64,000 nucleotides of DNA from the human T2T-CHM13v2.0 reference genome, Homo sapiens: NCBI RefSeq assembly GCF_009914755.1, contig NC_060945.1, one strand, 5' to 3'. Position 1 is the stretch's first letter, and the number at the start of each line of letters is the position of its first letter. Positions 12,440 through 25,650 of the stretch are shown here, piece by piece. The notes below the pieces were generated by a model that worked only from the letters and a program-made list of their open reading frames with translations, did not search any database and was not told the DNA's origin. Made by a program: the position numbers and the translations under genes.

Positions 12440-13190
12440 GAGATAACAATTGCAATGCATAGCCATGCTTTAGACCCTGACTCAAATATCCTTTAAAATA
12501 TATATTTATGAGACAGTTTAAAAATTAGATACTTACTGGATACTTGAAGATATTAGGGAACTATTAATTTTGATGTGTAACAATTTAAATAGAGTTCATA
12601 TATCTTTATTTATTATATCTTAAGTTCTGGGGTACATGTACAGAACGTGCAGGTTTGTTACATAGGCATACATGTGCCATGGTGTATGCATACACGTGCC
12701 ATGGTGGTTTGCTGCACCCATCAACCCGTCATCTACCTTAGGTGTTTCTCCTAATGCTATCCCTGCCGCAGCCCCCCAGCCCCTGACAGGCCCTGGAGTG
12801 TGATGTTGCCCTCCCTGTGTCCATGTGTTCTCACTGTTCAACTCCCAGTTTTGAGTGAGAACACATGGTGTTTGGTTTTCTGTTCCTGTGTTAGTTTGCT
12901 GAGAATGATGGTTTCCAGCTTCATCCATGTCCCTGCAAAGGACATGAACTAATCGCCAAAAGAGTTGTTATCTTTTAGAGATGCATACAAAAATAAATAC
13001 AGATATAATAATGTGATGTCTGAAGTTTTCCTTAAAATAATATGGGGGGTGAGGTGGGTGCAGGTGAAGTATTCTTGGCCAGGATTTGATAAGTCCTGAA
13101 ACTGAGAAAGAGGAACATTGGAGAGCTTTATACGGCTCTAATCTGTATATCCTTGAAATTCTCTGTAATTAAAAAATATGTTTAAAAAAA
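12440..13190 (+). mobile_element. L1MC4-like 3' UTR, interrupted by the L1PA at 12603-12950
   Basis: 'ttatgagacag...actggatacttgaagatattagggaact' and 'tatcttttagagatgcatac...atgtgatgtctg'. Confidence 0.6.
12603..12950 (-). mobile_element. 5'-truncated L1PA7/8 3' UTR
   Basis: 'taagttctggggtacatgtacagaacgtgcaggtttgttacatagg...gaatgatggtttccagcttcatccatgtccctgcaaagg'; degenerate TSD 'agagtt..tatcttt'. Confidence 0.93.
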
Positions 13191-13197
13191 ACTGTTG

Positions 13198-13466
13198 AGA
13201 AAACCAAATACCATATGCTTTCATTTAAAAGTGGGAACTAAGCATTGGGTACACATGGATATAAAGACGGAAACAATAGGCCCTGGGGACTACTAGAACG
13301 AGGAGAGTGGGAGGGGGCAAGGGCTGAAAAGTTACCTATTGGGCATCATGCTCACTACCTGAGTGATTTGATCATTCGTACTCCAAACCTCATCACGCGA
13401 TATACCCACATAACCAACCTACACATGTACTCCCTGAATCTACAATAAAAGTTGAAATTACTAAAA
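13198..13466 (+). mobile_element. L1PA15/16- or L1PB-type 3' UTR
   Basis: 'gtgggaactaagcattgggtacacatgg...ggggactactaga...acatgtactccctgaatctacaataaaagttgaaatt'; degenerate TSD aaaactg(t/c)tg(a/g)ga. Confidence 0.85.
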
Positions 13467-13519
13467 GAGTAATAAAACTGCTGGGAACTATCAGCATACA
13501 TGTTTCTTCTATTAACTAC

Positions 13520-16500
13520 TTATTATTAAAGAATCAAATTGAAATTCTAGAACAAAAAACAAACAACAACTGATTAAAAGTGCAGTGCATGTGTTTCATA
13601 GGGCATTAGGTGGAGCTAAAAGAGATTTAATATAAAAGAATACATGGCTAAGAAGAAAACGTCTGAACTGACACAATGGGCAAAGTGTCTATAACACACA
13701 CACAAAATGAGCATTATTGGCAAGTAGGGCACCAAGATGTAACATATGTGCAATTGGAGTTTTAGAAGGAGAGATTAGAGAACATGGGGTAGAAACACTA
13801 TACCTAATGTTAATGCTAAGAATTCCCCAATTTACAAAATAAATAATACAAGATTTAATAATAACTACAATCTTCAACCAGGATACATATAGAGGAAGCT
13901 ATCAAATCATAACTGCTGTAAACCCCAAACCAAGTAAAAATCCCAAAGTGGGGGAAAAAGACACGTTATATTCAAAACGAATAGAAACAAAAACAAAAAC
14001 AGACTGACTTCTCAATGGAAATAATTGAAATGAGCAGATTGGAGAATGTTAGGCTTAATGCTGAAAAAATGTACCAAACATTCTATATTCAATAAAACTT
14101 TGCTTCAAAAGTAAAGATGAAATAAAGACAATTTGAGATAAAAGTTGAATTTGTCACAAAAAGACCTTCACTAAAGGTCTTATTTGGCACTTGGAAAAGA
14201 CCCACAATGGCAGTTTGAGGTAGACAAAAGAGCGAAAAGCAATGGAAAGTTAAACTATCTGGATAAACTTTAATAAATATTTACAGCATAAATAATACTG
14301 ATGACTTTTGGGGTATAACGTAGATAGCATATTAAAGTACAATAAGAACACATAATTAGGGAGGAAAAAATAGAAGTAAAATTCTGAAGTCTTTTCATTT
14401 TTCTAGAAATATTTTAGATTTATGTCAGACCTTATAAGAAAAGTATTTGTTTTGCAATCTCTATGTAAAACAAAAAAGTAAACAAAAAAGCTCAAGTAGA
14501 CCTAGAAAAATGAAATAGCAAGAGAATGCAAAAAAATTCAAAAGGATGCAAAAAAGGAAAATAAATTAAATTTTAAAATAAATAGTATATTTGAAAAATT
14601 AAACCAAATTAATTATTATTTTACTCTTAAAGGAAATAAAGGCTCCAATTAAAAAATTGTCAAGGAGGGAAAACACCAAGATGCATGTAACTTACGAGAA
14701 ATATAACTTAAATATTAACAAGCAAAAGAGATGCAAAAAAAAAAAAAGAATAGAAAATATGATCATTCAGACAGTACCAAAATAAAGCTGGTTTAAGTAA
14801 TACTAGCGAAGAAGAGTTTCATGCCAGAAGCATAACTGATAATGAGAACATTTCATAATAATCAAAAACAAAATCTACCAAGAATATATAGCAGTTCTAA
14901 CTTTGTAATGAGTAAAATTCAAAATATATGAAGTAAAAGTAAAACAAAAAGGAGGAAAAAGAACCGAATATGTAATCATAATGAGGGATTTCAAAATTCT
15001 TCTCACCCCATAAATATATACACCTACTAAGCCCCCACAATCAGTTAAAAAACCATCCTTTTCTCGTGAACTGATAAATAGGCATTTAACCTCATATGCT
15101 AGTCCATGAAACTAATCAACAAATTTGAAAGAATGGCAGTCTTACAGAATATGTAAGCAATTAGTGGAAATCAGCCAGAAATAAGAGCAAAAGATAACTA
15201 GAATGTTCCCACATGTTTAGAAATTGTCCAATACATTTCTAAATGGTCCTTGCATCAAGAAAGAAAGCAAAATTGAAATTAGAACATATTTTGAATTGAA
15301 GACAATAAAAATATCAAAACATGTAGGATGTATTGAAGACTATCCTCACTGAAAAGTGCATTGTCTTAAATTTCTACATTGGAAAAAAACTAAAGTTTAA
15401 AAATCTGTAATCTAAGCATTCAATTCACAAATAAAATTCAAATGAAATAAAATATCTAATGAAATCCAAAGAGTACAGAAAGAAAGGAATAATAAGACAA
15501 AAGCAGAAAAATATCAATTATTTCTGGAGTAATTGGGGCTTTTAAGAAACTCTCAATAAGGATATGTTAAAGTTGATGTAGGAAATAAGAAGTTAGATAT
15601 GAAATAACTAACAATTCTTCACATTTAAAAATAGTTCACATATGATAAAGGTTAAGTACCTTCATTTCTGCTCTAAAAAGGAAAAAAAGGTAAAAATAGC
15701 AAAAACCAATGGGAAAACAAACAAAAAGAAAATAACCAAACCACAAACCACAATATGGAACATCAACAAAGCTAGAAGTTTGTTCTTTGATAAGACAAAT
15801 AAAATTGGCACTCTCTTTGCAAGATAGATCAAGAATAGAAAGAGAAAACACAAATTCCTAATATTCAGGAATGGATAAAGTAAACTCAATATAGATCCTA
15901 GAGACATTTAAATGATAATAAAACATTTGACATGCATTTATGCCAATAAATTTCAAAATTTTAATGAAACAAGACAAATTCCTAAAAGTACAAAATTTGC
16001 CAGTGGAGGCAGGAATGAATAAAAATCTAGTCAAAAAAATCTTTTTTTGTTATTATACTTTAAGTTCTAGGGTACATGTGCACAACGTGCAGGTTTGTTA
16101 CATAGGTATACGTGTACCATGTTGGTTTGCTGCACCCATTAACTCGTCATTTACATTAGGTATTTCTCCTAATGCTACCCCTCCCCCTGCCCCCCACCCC
16201 ACAACAAGCCACAGTGGGTGTTTCCCACCCTGTGTCCAAGTGTTCTCATTGTTCGATTCTCACCTATGAGTGAGAACACACAGTGTTTGTTTTTCTGTCC
16301 TTGTGATAGTTTGCTCAGAATGATGGTTTCCAGCTTCACCCGTGTCCCTGCAAAGGACGTGAACTCATCCTTTTTTACGGCTGCATAGTATTCCATGGTG
16401 TATATGTGCCACATTTTCTTAATCCAGTCTATCATTGATGGACATTTGGTTTGGTTCCAAGTCTTTGCTATTGTGAATAGTGCTGCAATAAACATATACA

Positions 16501-17165
16501 TGAATGTGTCTTTATAGTAGCATGATTTATAATCCTTTGGGTGTATACCCAGTAATGGGATCACTGGGTCAAATGGTATTTCTAGTTCTAGATCCTTAAG
16601 GAATCACCACACTGTCTTCCACAATGGTTGAACTAGTTTACACTCCCACCAACAGTGTAAAAGCGCTCCTGTTTCTCCACATCCTCTCCATCATCTGTTG
16701 TTTCCTGACTTTTTAATGATCGCCATTCTAACTGGTGTGAGATGGTATCTCATTGTGGTTTTGATTTGCATTTCTCTGATGACCAGTGATGATGAGCATT
16801 TTTTCATGTGTCTGTTGGCTGCATAAATGTCTTCTTTTGAGAAGTGTCTGCTCATATCCTTTGCCCACTTTTTGATGGGGTTGTTTGTCTTTTTCTTGAA
16901 AATTTGTTTAAGTTCTTTGTAGATTCTGGATATTAGCACTTTGTCAAAAATTTTAATCTGTAATTTAAAACTTTCCTATAAAGATAATCCCAGGAATAGA
17001 CGGCTTTACCAGGCAATTCTACCAAACTTTTAAAGAAAAACTAAAATGCAAAAGGCTGATAATAACACATGTGGACAAGGATGTGGACTAACTGTATTTC
17101 TAATAAATGAATATTGGGAATTTAAATGGGTACAACCACTTTGGAAAACTGGCAATTTTTAATAG
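13520..17165 (+). mobile_element. Degraded L1M ORF1/ORF2 tract, interrupted by the L1PA at 16042-16946
   Basis: 'aacatatgtgcaattggagttttagaaggaga', 'aaaattgaaattagaacatattttgaattgaa', 'aagtttgttctttgataagacaaataaaattg', 'ccaggaatagacggctttaccaggcaattctaccaaac'. Confidence 0.7.
16042..16946 (-). mobile_element. 5'-truncated L1PA5-7 (ORF2 C-terminus and 3' UTR)
   Basis: Minus ORFs 16691-16939 and 16175-16564 translate to L1 ORF2 ('[17 protein letters not shown]', 'WIKKMWHIYTMEYYAA'); TSD-like gtcaaaaa(a)..ttt on both sides. Confidence 0.96.
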
Positions 17166-19318
17166 AAAGCATTTGCAAATGAATTTTGTACACATCCATT
17201 AGAATTCAGTGCCATATTGTTTTTCCTGCATATAGTTTGATTCTTTTGCTACATTTTTAGGAAGAAACCCTTGCCATAATTCCACCTAGAGTACTTTTTC
17301 ACATCCCACACAACTTTTTTGAAACAGCACCATTTTGGATGTTTTTTTCATCTATCTCAATGCATTACTATTATTATGTTTATAAGCTACAAAATTTATA
17401 TTTCTAATTGTAGTTTCCTGTGATTAGTAAATTATCATTACACATTGTTACATTTCTACTTTGTCTTGAAGTCATTCATATTAAAGAATTAATTTCACTT
17501 TAGAAATTAAATACGGCTGAGGTTTGTTTAATGAGGCCATTAAAAGGCACATGCAGAAAAAAAAATAGATCCTGTTGCTGTTCTTTCTATTCATGGTGAT
17601 GGTGAGCAATGAAGTGGTTTGTATAGGCACAAACTATGAGAAAAATGTGTTTTTAAAATATTTTAATGACATTTTAATATATGACATGTTAAAACCCTCT
17701 ATCACATCTTCACCCAAAACATTCAGGAAAATATTTATTTTAATATTTGCATTTCTTGGGTACATTTTTCATCAACATAATGATCCCTGTTTCAATGTCA
17801 GGAGGTTAAAAATAAAATATGCCCACAAGAAGCCGTCAGTATCATGATTACTACTAGAAATAACAGTACAGAAATATTTCTTAGAAAGCATCAAAGCAAG
17901 GATAGCTTGATTTTTAAATCCTCAGGCAGTAGTGTGAAAACCGTAGAATCACTCGTTAACCAACAGCAAATTATCTAGGCTTTAAAAGCAGGAAATAGAC
18001 TTTTTCTTGCTGACTTTTAGTTTACAGCCCTGTCCCTACGTCCAGAGCTCTTTATTCCACAACTTTATCAAATTCTGCCTTTAAAAAACAATCTTTGTTT
18101 TCAAACTCATCATGGCCCGAAATTACTAACACTAGAAATAAAATCCCAGCTGATGTCAATGTTTTCAAAAATGTAAAGAGGCTTTTCTTAGAGACCCTGG
18201 ATGAAAAATGCCTATTCAAAGATTCAGGACGCTTCAATTGACCCTCTCTGCACCCCTTATATTTCTCAACAATTCTGGGAAAATCTGTTATTAAATCAAG
18301 TTATTTTTTCCAATTGAATCTCTAATTAAACTCTTTGATACAAAGTCAAGGGTTTCTGCAAAAATTTGTGTACTCTTGAAAGTCTCTGAAGTAGTAAAAC
18401 TGTAGATTCATGAAATTATTACTATTATTATTATTTTAAAGTTATGGAATTTCTTTGTTTATTGTGCTCATGGACTTTCCAGAGAATTAAAGTTTCCTTC
18501 GTTTTAATTGAGAGATTTGTATGACAAATCAAATCTCACTGACCTTCTTTGAGCCTTCTTAGAAATGTGAATGATTTGGTAGTTTGATATTGAGAATCAT
18601 ATCTTACCTTCTTAATGGATTATTATGCCTTCTGTTGTCTGAGGTGGACAGACAAATTGATTGCTATTTGGAAGGATTTTAATTTTTTGTTTTCTTATTT
18701 CTAAGAGCAAATGTATTCTCTGAAGACAGAAAAATATGTGAAACAATATTCGTTCTTATCTTACTTGAAAATTTAATTAATTGATGAGTGAACCTCACCA
18801 TAATATTTACTTGCTAATCTTATTTTAATAACAGGCCGCTAAAAAGCACAAATCTATTCATTTCAGGTAATAATGAATAGTTCACTTTAGAATGTGTCAA
18901 GGTATGTCCTAGTTCCTTAAATAAGTTCTTAAAAATACATTAATGAAAAACAAGTCATTGTTTATTCTGAATTCAGTAGCTACTGAAGAAAATAACTGTA
19001 TTTGGTTGCGATGTTCCTTTGTTCCACAGTTTCCTGTTTCTGAAGTGTTTACTTTCTCCTTTCTGGTCATCCTACATACATCCATTGTTAAAGGGCCAGC
19101 CCTGGACTCCTCCCTCCATTCCTGGGTAGCTTGCCATACACAGAGCAGTGCATTCCAGGACTTTGTACTGTTTGGTGTAATAGATTTCCTGAGTTCGTGT
19201 CTTCTCCCTTCAATTGGAAGGCAACAACAATTTATTTTGCTTCTTTTATATTTCCTGCATCACCTACAACATCCTGAACATTTTGTCTCTCAGAGGTTTA
19301 CATAATAAAATGAATACC

Positions 19319-20140
<822 letters not shown>

Positions 20141-20689
20141 GCACCTGTAAAGATACTGGATTGGATTTAAAGATTACTTGAAATTTCTCCTATAAACGAA
20201 ATTCTGTGGCCCTGCGACTTTCTCTTCTATGTGGGGTTCACCCTAAAAAATATATTAATTTATGATCCACATAACATGACAGTCTTTCTACTCATACCAC
20301 ATATGTTTTATACATGTTCATCATACATATGCAAAAATAAGATAATTTCCTTTTACATGCTTACCCAAAGAAAACTAAAACCTAACTTACAGATATTCAA
20401 ATGCTTTATATATGCCATTATTCTTAGCTTCACACAGAACTAGTTCTGTCTCTTAAACAGGCTGATATTTAAACATAGGAGTGTTTCCAGAGAAGCTCTG
20501 AAAGTAAGCCAACATGATTTTTTTAATTATTATTTTTTATGATTATAGACATAGTTATTTTCTATGCATATGTTTCTAACTTAAAATAAAAAAGCAATCC
20601 TTCCTGTCACCAATTAACATGTATGTCCTTGTGTACATGGATATATACAGAGCTAATTACATGTGTGTGAGTTTATTGGTTATTGTACA

Positions 20690-21725
20690 TATACATATTA
20701 TCCCTTTATGCTGAGTCTTCAATCAATAACAATCCCAGTAGTAACAAACATACCCAGAGCCCAGATCTTGGTTTCTACATACCATTTTTTATTGAAAGAC
20801 AGCAGATACAGCTGTTTCTAGGGTTGGGACAAGAAAAATACAAGATGAGCCATCAGCATCTTGTAGTACCAAAAAGTAAGAAAGTGCCCAAAAACAAAAA
20901 TATGGGGGTGTCGTCAAAGGGATAAAGAAACCCACATGAAAGATTTCAATTGCCAAAGCAACAAAAAATGTAACCAAAAAAATAGATAATGCATTATTGG
21001 TTTATAAAGCAAAGAATAAAATAAATACACCTGATTCCATAGTGGTATAAATAAATGATTGATAAGCAAATAGAGAAGGAGACAAATCTTCTTTACAGAA
21101 TTTCAAACAATATATATAGGGGGTGGAGCTTAATTCTCATACCACTCCCTACACTTGACGGTGGGCTTAGTGACTTGCTGCCAAAGAGTAGAGTAGGGAA
21201 TGGGAAAAAGGCAAGTTTTCAGTGGAGTAACCTGGTAAACGCTACTTTATCCAAATAGTTAAGGTTAACATTGTTAGTGATTTCATGTGACTATCATCTA
21301 ACGCCTGATACGATATGACAAAAATGGTGCTTTACCTCGTTAGTATTTTTTAAGACTCATAATCCCAATCTTATCTGAAAAAACATAAAACAAATACAGG
21401 TTGAGGAGCATTCTACAGGATACCTGAAAATTACTGCTCAAGACTGTCAAGCTCTTGAAAAACAGACTGAGAAATATTCACAGAGCAGAGGAGAATGAGG
21501 AGACTTGGCAACCAAATGCAATGTGGTACCCTTGATTGGATCCTAGAACCCAGAGAGGGAATTATGGCATTAAAAACTGATGAAATTCAAGTAAGTCTGG
21601 AATACAGTTAAGAATAATGTATTAATGTAAGGAAATTGGCTGAGGGGTACATTTTGCAACCCCTTTATGCTATCTTTGCAACTTTTTCGCAAATCTGAAA
21701 TTATTACAAAATAAAATGTTCGTTT
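20690..21725 (+). mobile_element. L1MC/L1MD-type long 3' UTR
   Basis: 'gcccagatcttggtttcta', 'aaaatacaagatgagcc', 'cagtggagtaacctggtaaac', 'gcattctacaggatacctga', 'gctatctttgcaactttt'. Confidence 0.75.
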
Positions 21726-23279
21726 AAAAGGTAAAATTATGAATTGCCATTTTTTATTACAAAGATGCTTTTGCTAGAAATAAAGATGATTGTGTTTGTT
21801 TGAATCAAAATGCATGGAAAATACATGAATACATTCTGCTTAGTTTCTTCTTTTTCGAGCACTACAAAAATGAGTGCCGAATCTCTCTTTTCATCCCTTA
21901 ATGTGGTTCCTTCACTCCCAATATGTATCTGAAATTAGTAGGAAGAGACAAAGGAAGCACTGGCATTTTTACTTTCATAAACATTAACAGATGCAGAGTC
22001 AGGAGGTCTTTCCAGTCACAGCCGGTGGGTGGTTTCAGTATTTTCTTCCCAGCATGGTCTTACGTGAATAATGGTGGCAAATTATATATGACTTTATTAA
22101 GCACCTTTCTCTTTTTGGAAGAAAACTGCTTTTCATTACACGTAAAATAATAATAGTTATATTCATAATGACACCAACCATCCATCACAAGGACCATATT
22201 CCTTTTTTAAAAAAATTTACTATAGAAATCACCTCAGATTATGTGTTGAGCTTGTTGCAAAGTCTAAATGCAACATAAATTGTCTCCAGTATGACCTTTC
22301 ACAAATGTGAGTGCAAAGTAAAAATAAAATCCTGGGACTAAAAGCCTCAGCTCACAATCTAGAGAAAATTTCAAGTAAAAACATAGATTAAAATGGTTTT
22401 TTTTTTTTGAAAAATTGATAATTGAAAAGAAAGGATGAGAAGTGCTGCTGAAATTTGTTGGTACTAGAAGCTAAGCAGATTTATGAGACAGATTCAAGGC
22501 ATGATTTTTTAAATCCCAAATAATAGTAATAACAGTAATAATTGTACAAATCAAGCGTTGGTGAAAAAATCACTACAAAATTTATTACCATACTTTTAAC
22601 TCTCAAAAATTACACTGTTGTTACTTCACTCATATTCTTGACACTCTGCAGAAGGTTCTTCTTTGAAGAACCTAAAATATGGTATATTAGGGGATCTCTG
22701 GGAATTGAATTGCTAGAATTATTTGTGCTTCCTATTGCTTAAACTGATGCTGCTGTGAACAATTAATTAAACAAGTTAGCAAAATAAATTGAGCCTTTAA
22801 ATCTTTTCTTTACTTGGCTTATATGTGTTATACTTTTCTTCGGTAATAAATAAGTAGGGATTTTGTAATGCAAATTAGTAAAAAATATTTTATTGAATGC
22901 CTTCCATTCATTTGACTGATAAAATAGTGGTAAATAGAAATATTGCTCATTAATGCCCACACTTAGCTATAATTCTAATTTGGGGATCTCTGAGCTTAAA
23001 ACCAAACTATACATATTTGGAAAGAAGATAGCCTATGGCCTTAAAAATAAACAATGTGAACTGACTGTCCTGTGTCTTTTTATTGTTATTTTCTTGAGAC
23101 ACGCCTGTTGCTACAACTTTCTTTTTCCAGCTAATTTTCACAATTGCCAATAAAATATCTTTATTATTTTAACTCTAAATCAAGTAAGAACAACATAGTT
23201 TTGTGCAAAAATCACAGAAAATTCAACATTTGGACATTTCATCATGACCTCCAGTGCAACTTGTATGATGTTAAATTCA

Positions 23280-23760
23280 TCATTTACTAATTTCCTTAAA
23301 AGCTACAAACCTGTAAACAACACCATATTCTATCCATATTCTATTCTTTAAAGTGAGAAATCTTGGCAATTTTTTTAAATCCCCTTTCCCTCAATCTTTT
23401 AAAAAATAATTAATCACCAAAGTTGCTCATTTATCTTTTGAGATATCTTTTGGAATCACAGCTTCTTTGCCATTTTGTCCACAATCACCATCATCCAGTT
23501 ACTCACGTCTAGATCTCCAGGTGACCTTCCTGTTTTCAATCTCTCTATCAGAGAATTCATCCTGCAAGAACCTCTATTGCCTACCAAACTACAGCCAATG
23601 CCTTCTGCTAGAATTTCAGGATAATCACATTGCCTTTTACTTACTTTTCATTCTAGCCAGGTTGTTTTTCTCTGTCCCCTGGATATATCACACAATTTTA
23701 GTTTTTGCTTCTCTTGACTCTACCTAGAAATTTATCTTAACTCTCTTCTATTTGAACTCT
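23280..23760 (+). mobile_element. Degraded L2 fragment
   Basis: Pyrimidine-rich with 'gaaatcttggcaat...taatcaccaaagttgctcattt' L2-like motifs. Confidence 0.45.
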
Positions 23761-24337
23761 CATATCAACCCTTTTACCATTCTGTCTACTCATACATACA
23801 TAAAACAGAAGCATTATATCTATATTTACAAAAGAAAGCAACAAAAAACATTTTGAGCTTATAGGAAATTCAGGGAACATTGTTCTCAGGAAATTTTCTT
23901 ATAGAAATTAGCAGAGAATCAACTTTAATCAACTAAGATATAAATTGATACATGAATGTATCATGCACAGTACTGAACATGAATAAACCAAGGAATTATA
24001 TTTACAGGAAGAAATATCAGTATTAGAAACCTGATAAGGCCAAAATGAGATAATAATATTTAGTTTTAAAAAGAGAAGAAGAAGGTATACATAGTATATG
24101 TACACTGTTTTCCTAATCTTCCTGGCTAAAAATCTAGAGAGAATTTGTTATCAAAAAATCAAAGAATACAATTACAAAATCAAAGATCAATAACATGATC
24201 AACTAAAATCATGCAGTAGAAAAAAAAGAAAGAGGAAAGAAGCAATGTATAGTGACATCATTGCTTATTGCAGAGAGTTCATAAACCCTGCCTGAAATAC
24301 AAAAAAACTTAGTGTATTACTAAAATAAGCAATCAGC

Positions 24338-24554
24338 TCTGGCATATTTATTATGAAGTTAATGAAGCTTAAACTGGAAGGCACCTCTTTTGCACAGACC
24401 CCTTCTACTCTTTGCTGTGACTCCTTTCTTAATTCTAAATAATTTTTTTCACTTGCCTGGTTACTTTTATTTTATTACTTTCTATTCTTTTCATTGAAGA
24501 AGTTCTCTCTAATTGTGTAATCTTTAGAACTCACAAAACCTGAACCTACCCCTG
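24338..24554. mobile_element. Degraded hAT-type MITE, family uncertain
   Basis: Left 'tgaagttaatgaagcttaa...ttgcacagacccc' and right end 'cacaaaacctgaacctacccctg' resemble an old hAT MITE. Confidence 0.45.
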
Positions 24555-24591
24555 ATTTTAAAGATACCTCAGAAAAAAAAAATAGCACAGT

Positions 24592-24616
24592 ACACACACA
24601 CACACACACACACACA
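24592..24616. repeat. (AC)12 microsatellite
   Basis: Direct observation. Confidence 0.97.
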
Positions 24617-24759
24617 GCAAAAACAATAAGCAAACAAAAGAGTCAGTAAATATATAAAAAGACATTGCTTGAAAAACAAAATAAACAGAATAATTATAAG
24701 AACAGAATTAAGTTGAAACACAATTTTTAAAAATTATACATCTACAACTCATTGAAATA

Positions 24760-25650
24760 ATAACACTTTCATTTATATCATTATAAATATTCATCTACAT
24801 AGTGTGTACCAGAGAATCTCCTAAAACCAACTGACTGAGAGAGATTAAAAAAAAATGATGGGAAACATATAGCAAATTCAAACCCAAAATAAAGCAGGAG
24901 TCACAATATTAATATTTCAGAGAAGGTAAAATCTAAAGGAAAAAGCACTAAACAACATAAAGTGTACCACTATATAATAATGACTTAATCCATTCAGGCT
25001 GCTATAACAAAATAACTTAGACTGGGTAGATCATAAGCAATAGAAACCTATTTCTCAGAGTTCTAGAGGCTGGAAAGCTGAGATTAAGACACAGATTCAG
25101 TACATGATGAGGGCCAGTTTCCTGGGTCATAGATGGCACCTTCTCACTGCCTCCTTGCATGGTGGAAGAGGCTAATGAGCTCCCTTGGGCCTCTTTTATA
25201 AGGGCACCAATCCCATTCATGAGGACACTGTCCTTATGATCTAATCACGTCCCAAAGGTCCTACCTCTTAATACCATCACCTTGGGGGTTAGGATGTGAA
25301 CGTATAAATTTGGGGGAGGGGACACAAATATATCCACTAAAGCAATGAATAAGGATAAAATCCACAGTCAACACCTAACAGATGAATTTCTATGCAGGAA
25401 AGGATATAGCATCAACAATCATACTGAAACTAATTTTAAAAACACTTGAAGAAAGTTATATGAATACATTAGTAGTAACTTTTATTTTCCTAAGTGCATA
25501 ATAGATCAAGCAGTCATAAAATCAGTACCTATATAAAAGACCGAAGTATCATAATTAATGAGATAGTAATAATTAGTATTAATTTAACTTTGTTCCCTGA
25601 ATATAAAGAGCAAGTCTAGTTTTCTGGTATCCTCAGAACATTCACATTAG
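24760..25650 (+). mobile_element. Old L1M ORF2 endonuclease region, interrupted by MLT1A
   Basis: 'atgatgggaaacatatagcaaattcaaacccaaaataaagcaggagtcacaatattaatatttcagagaagg'. Confidence 0.55.
24981..25344 (-). mobile_element. MLT1A/MLT1A0 solo LTR (MaLR)
   Basis: 'cttaatccattcaggctgctataacaaaata...cttttataagggcaccaatcccattcatgag...ataccatcaccttgggggttagg...gggacacaaa'; ~364 bp. Confidence 0.88.

Noticed and set aside
16175-16939. L1 ORF2-like ORFs (also 6679, 9216, 55095) as functional CDS
   Set aside because: They are C-terminal fragments of 5'-truncated elements with no promoter, endonuclease or RT domain.
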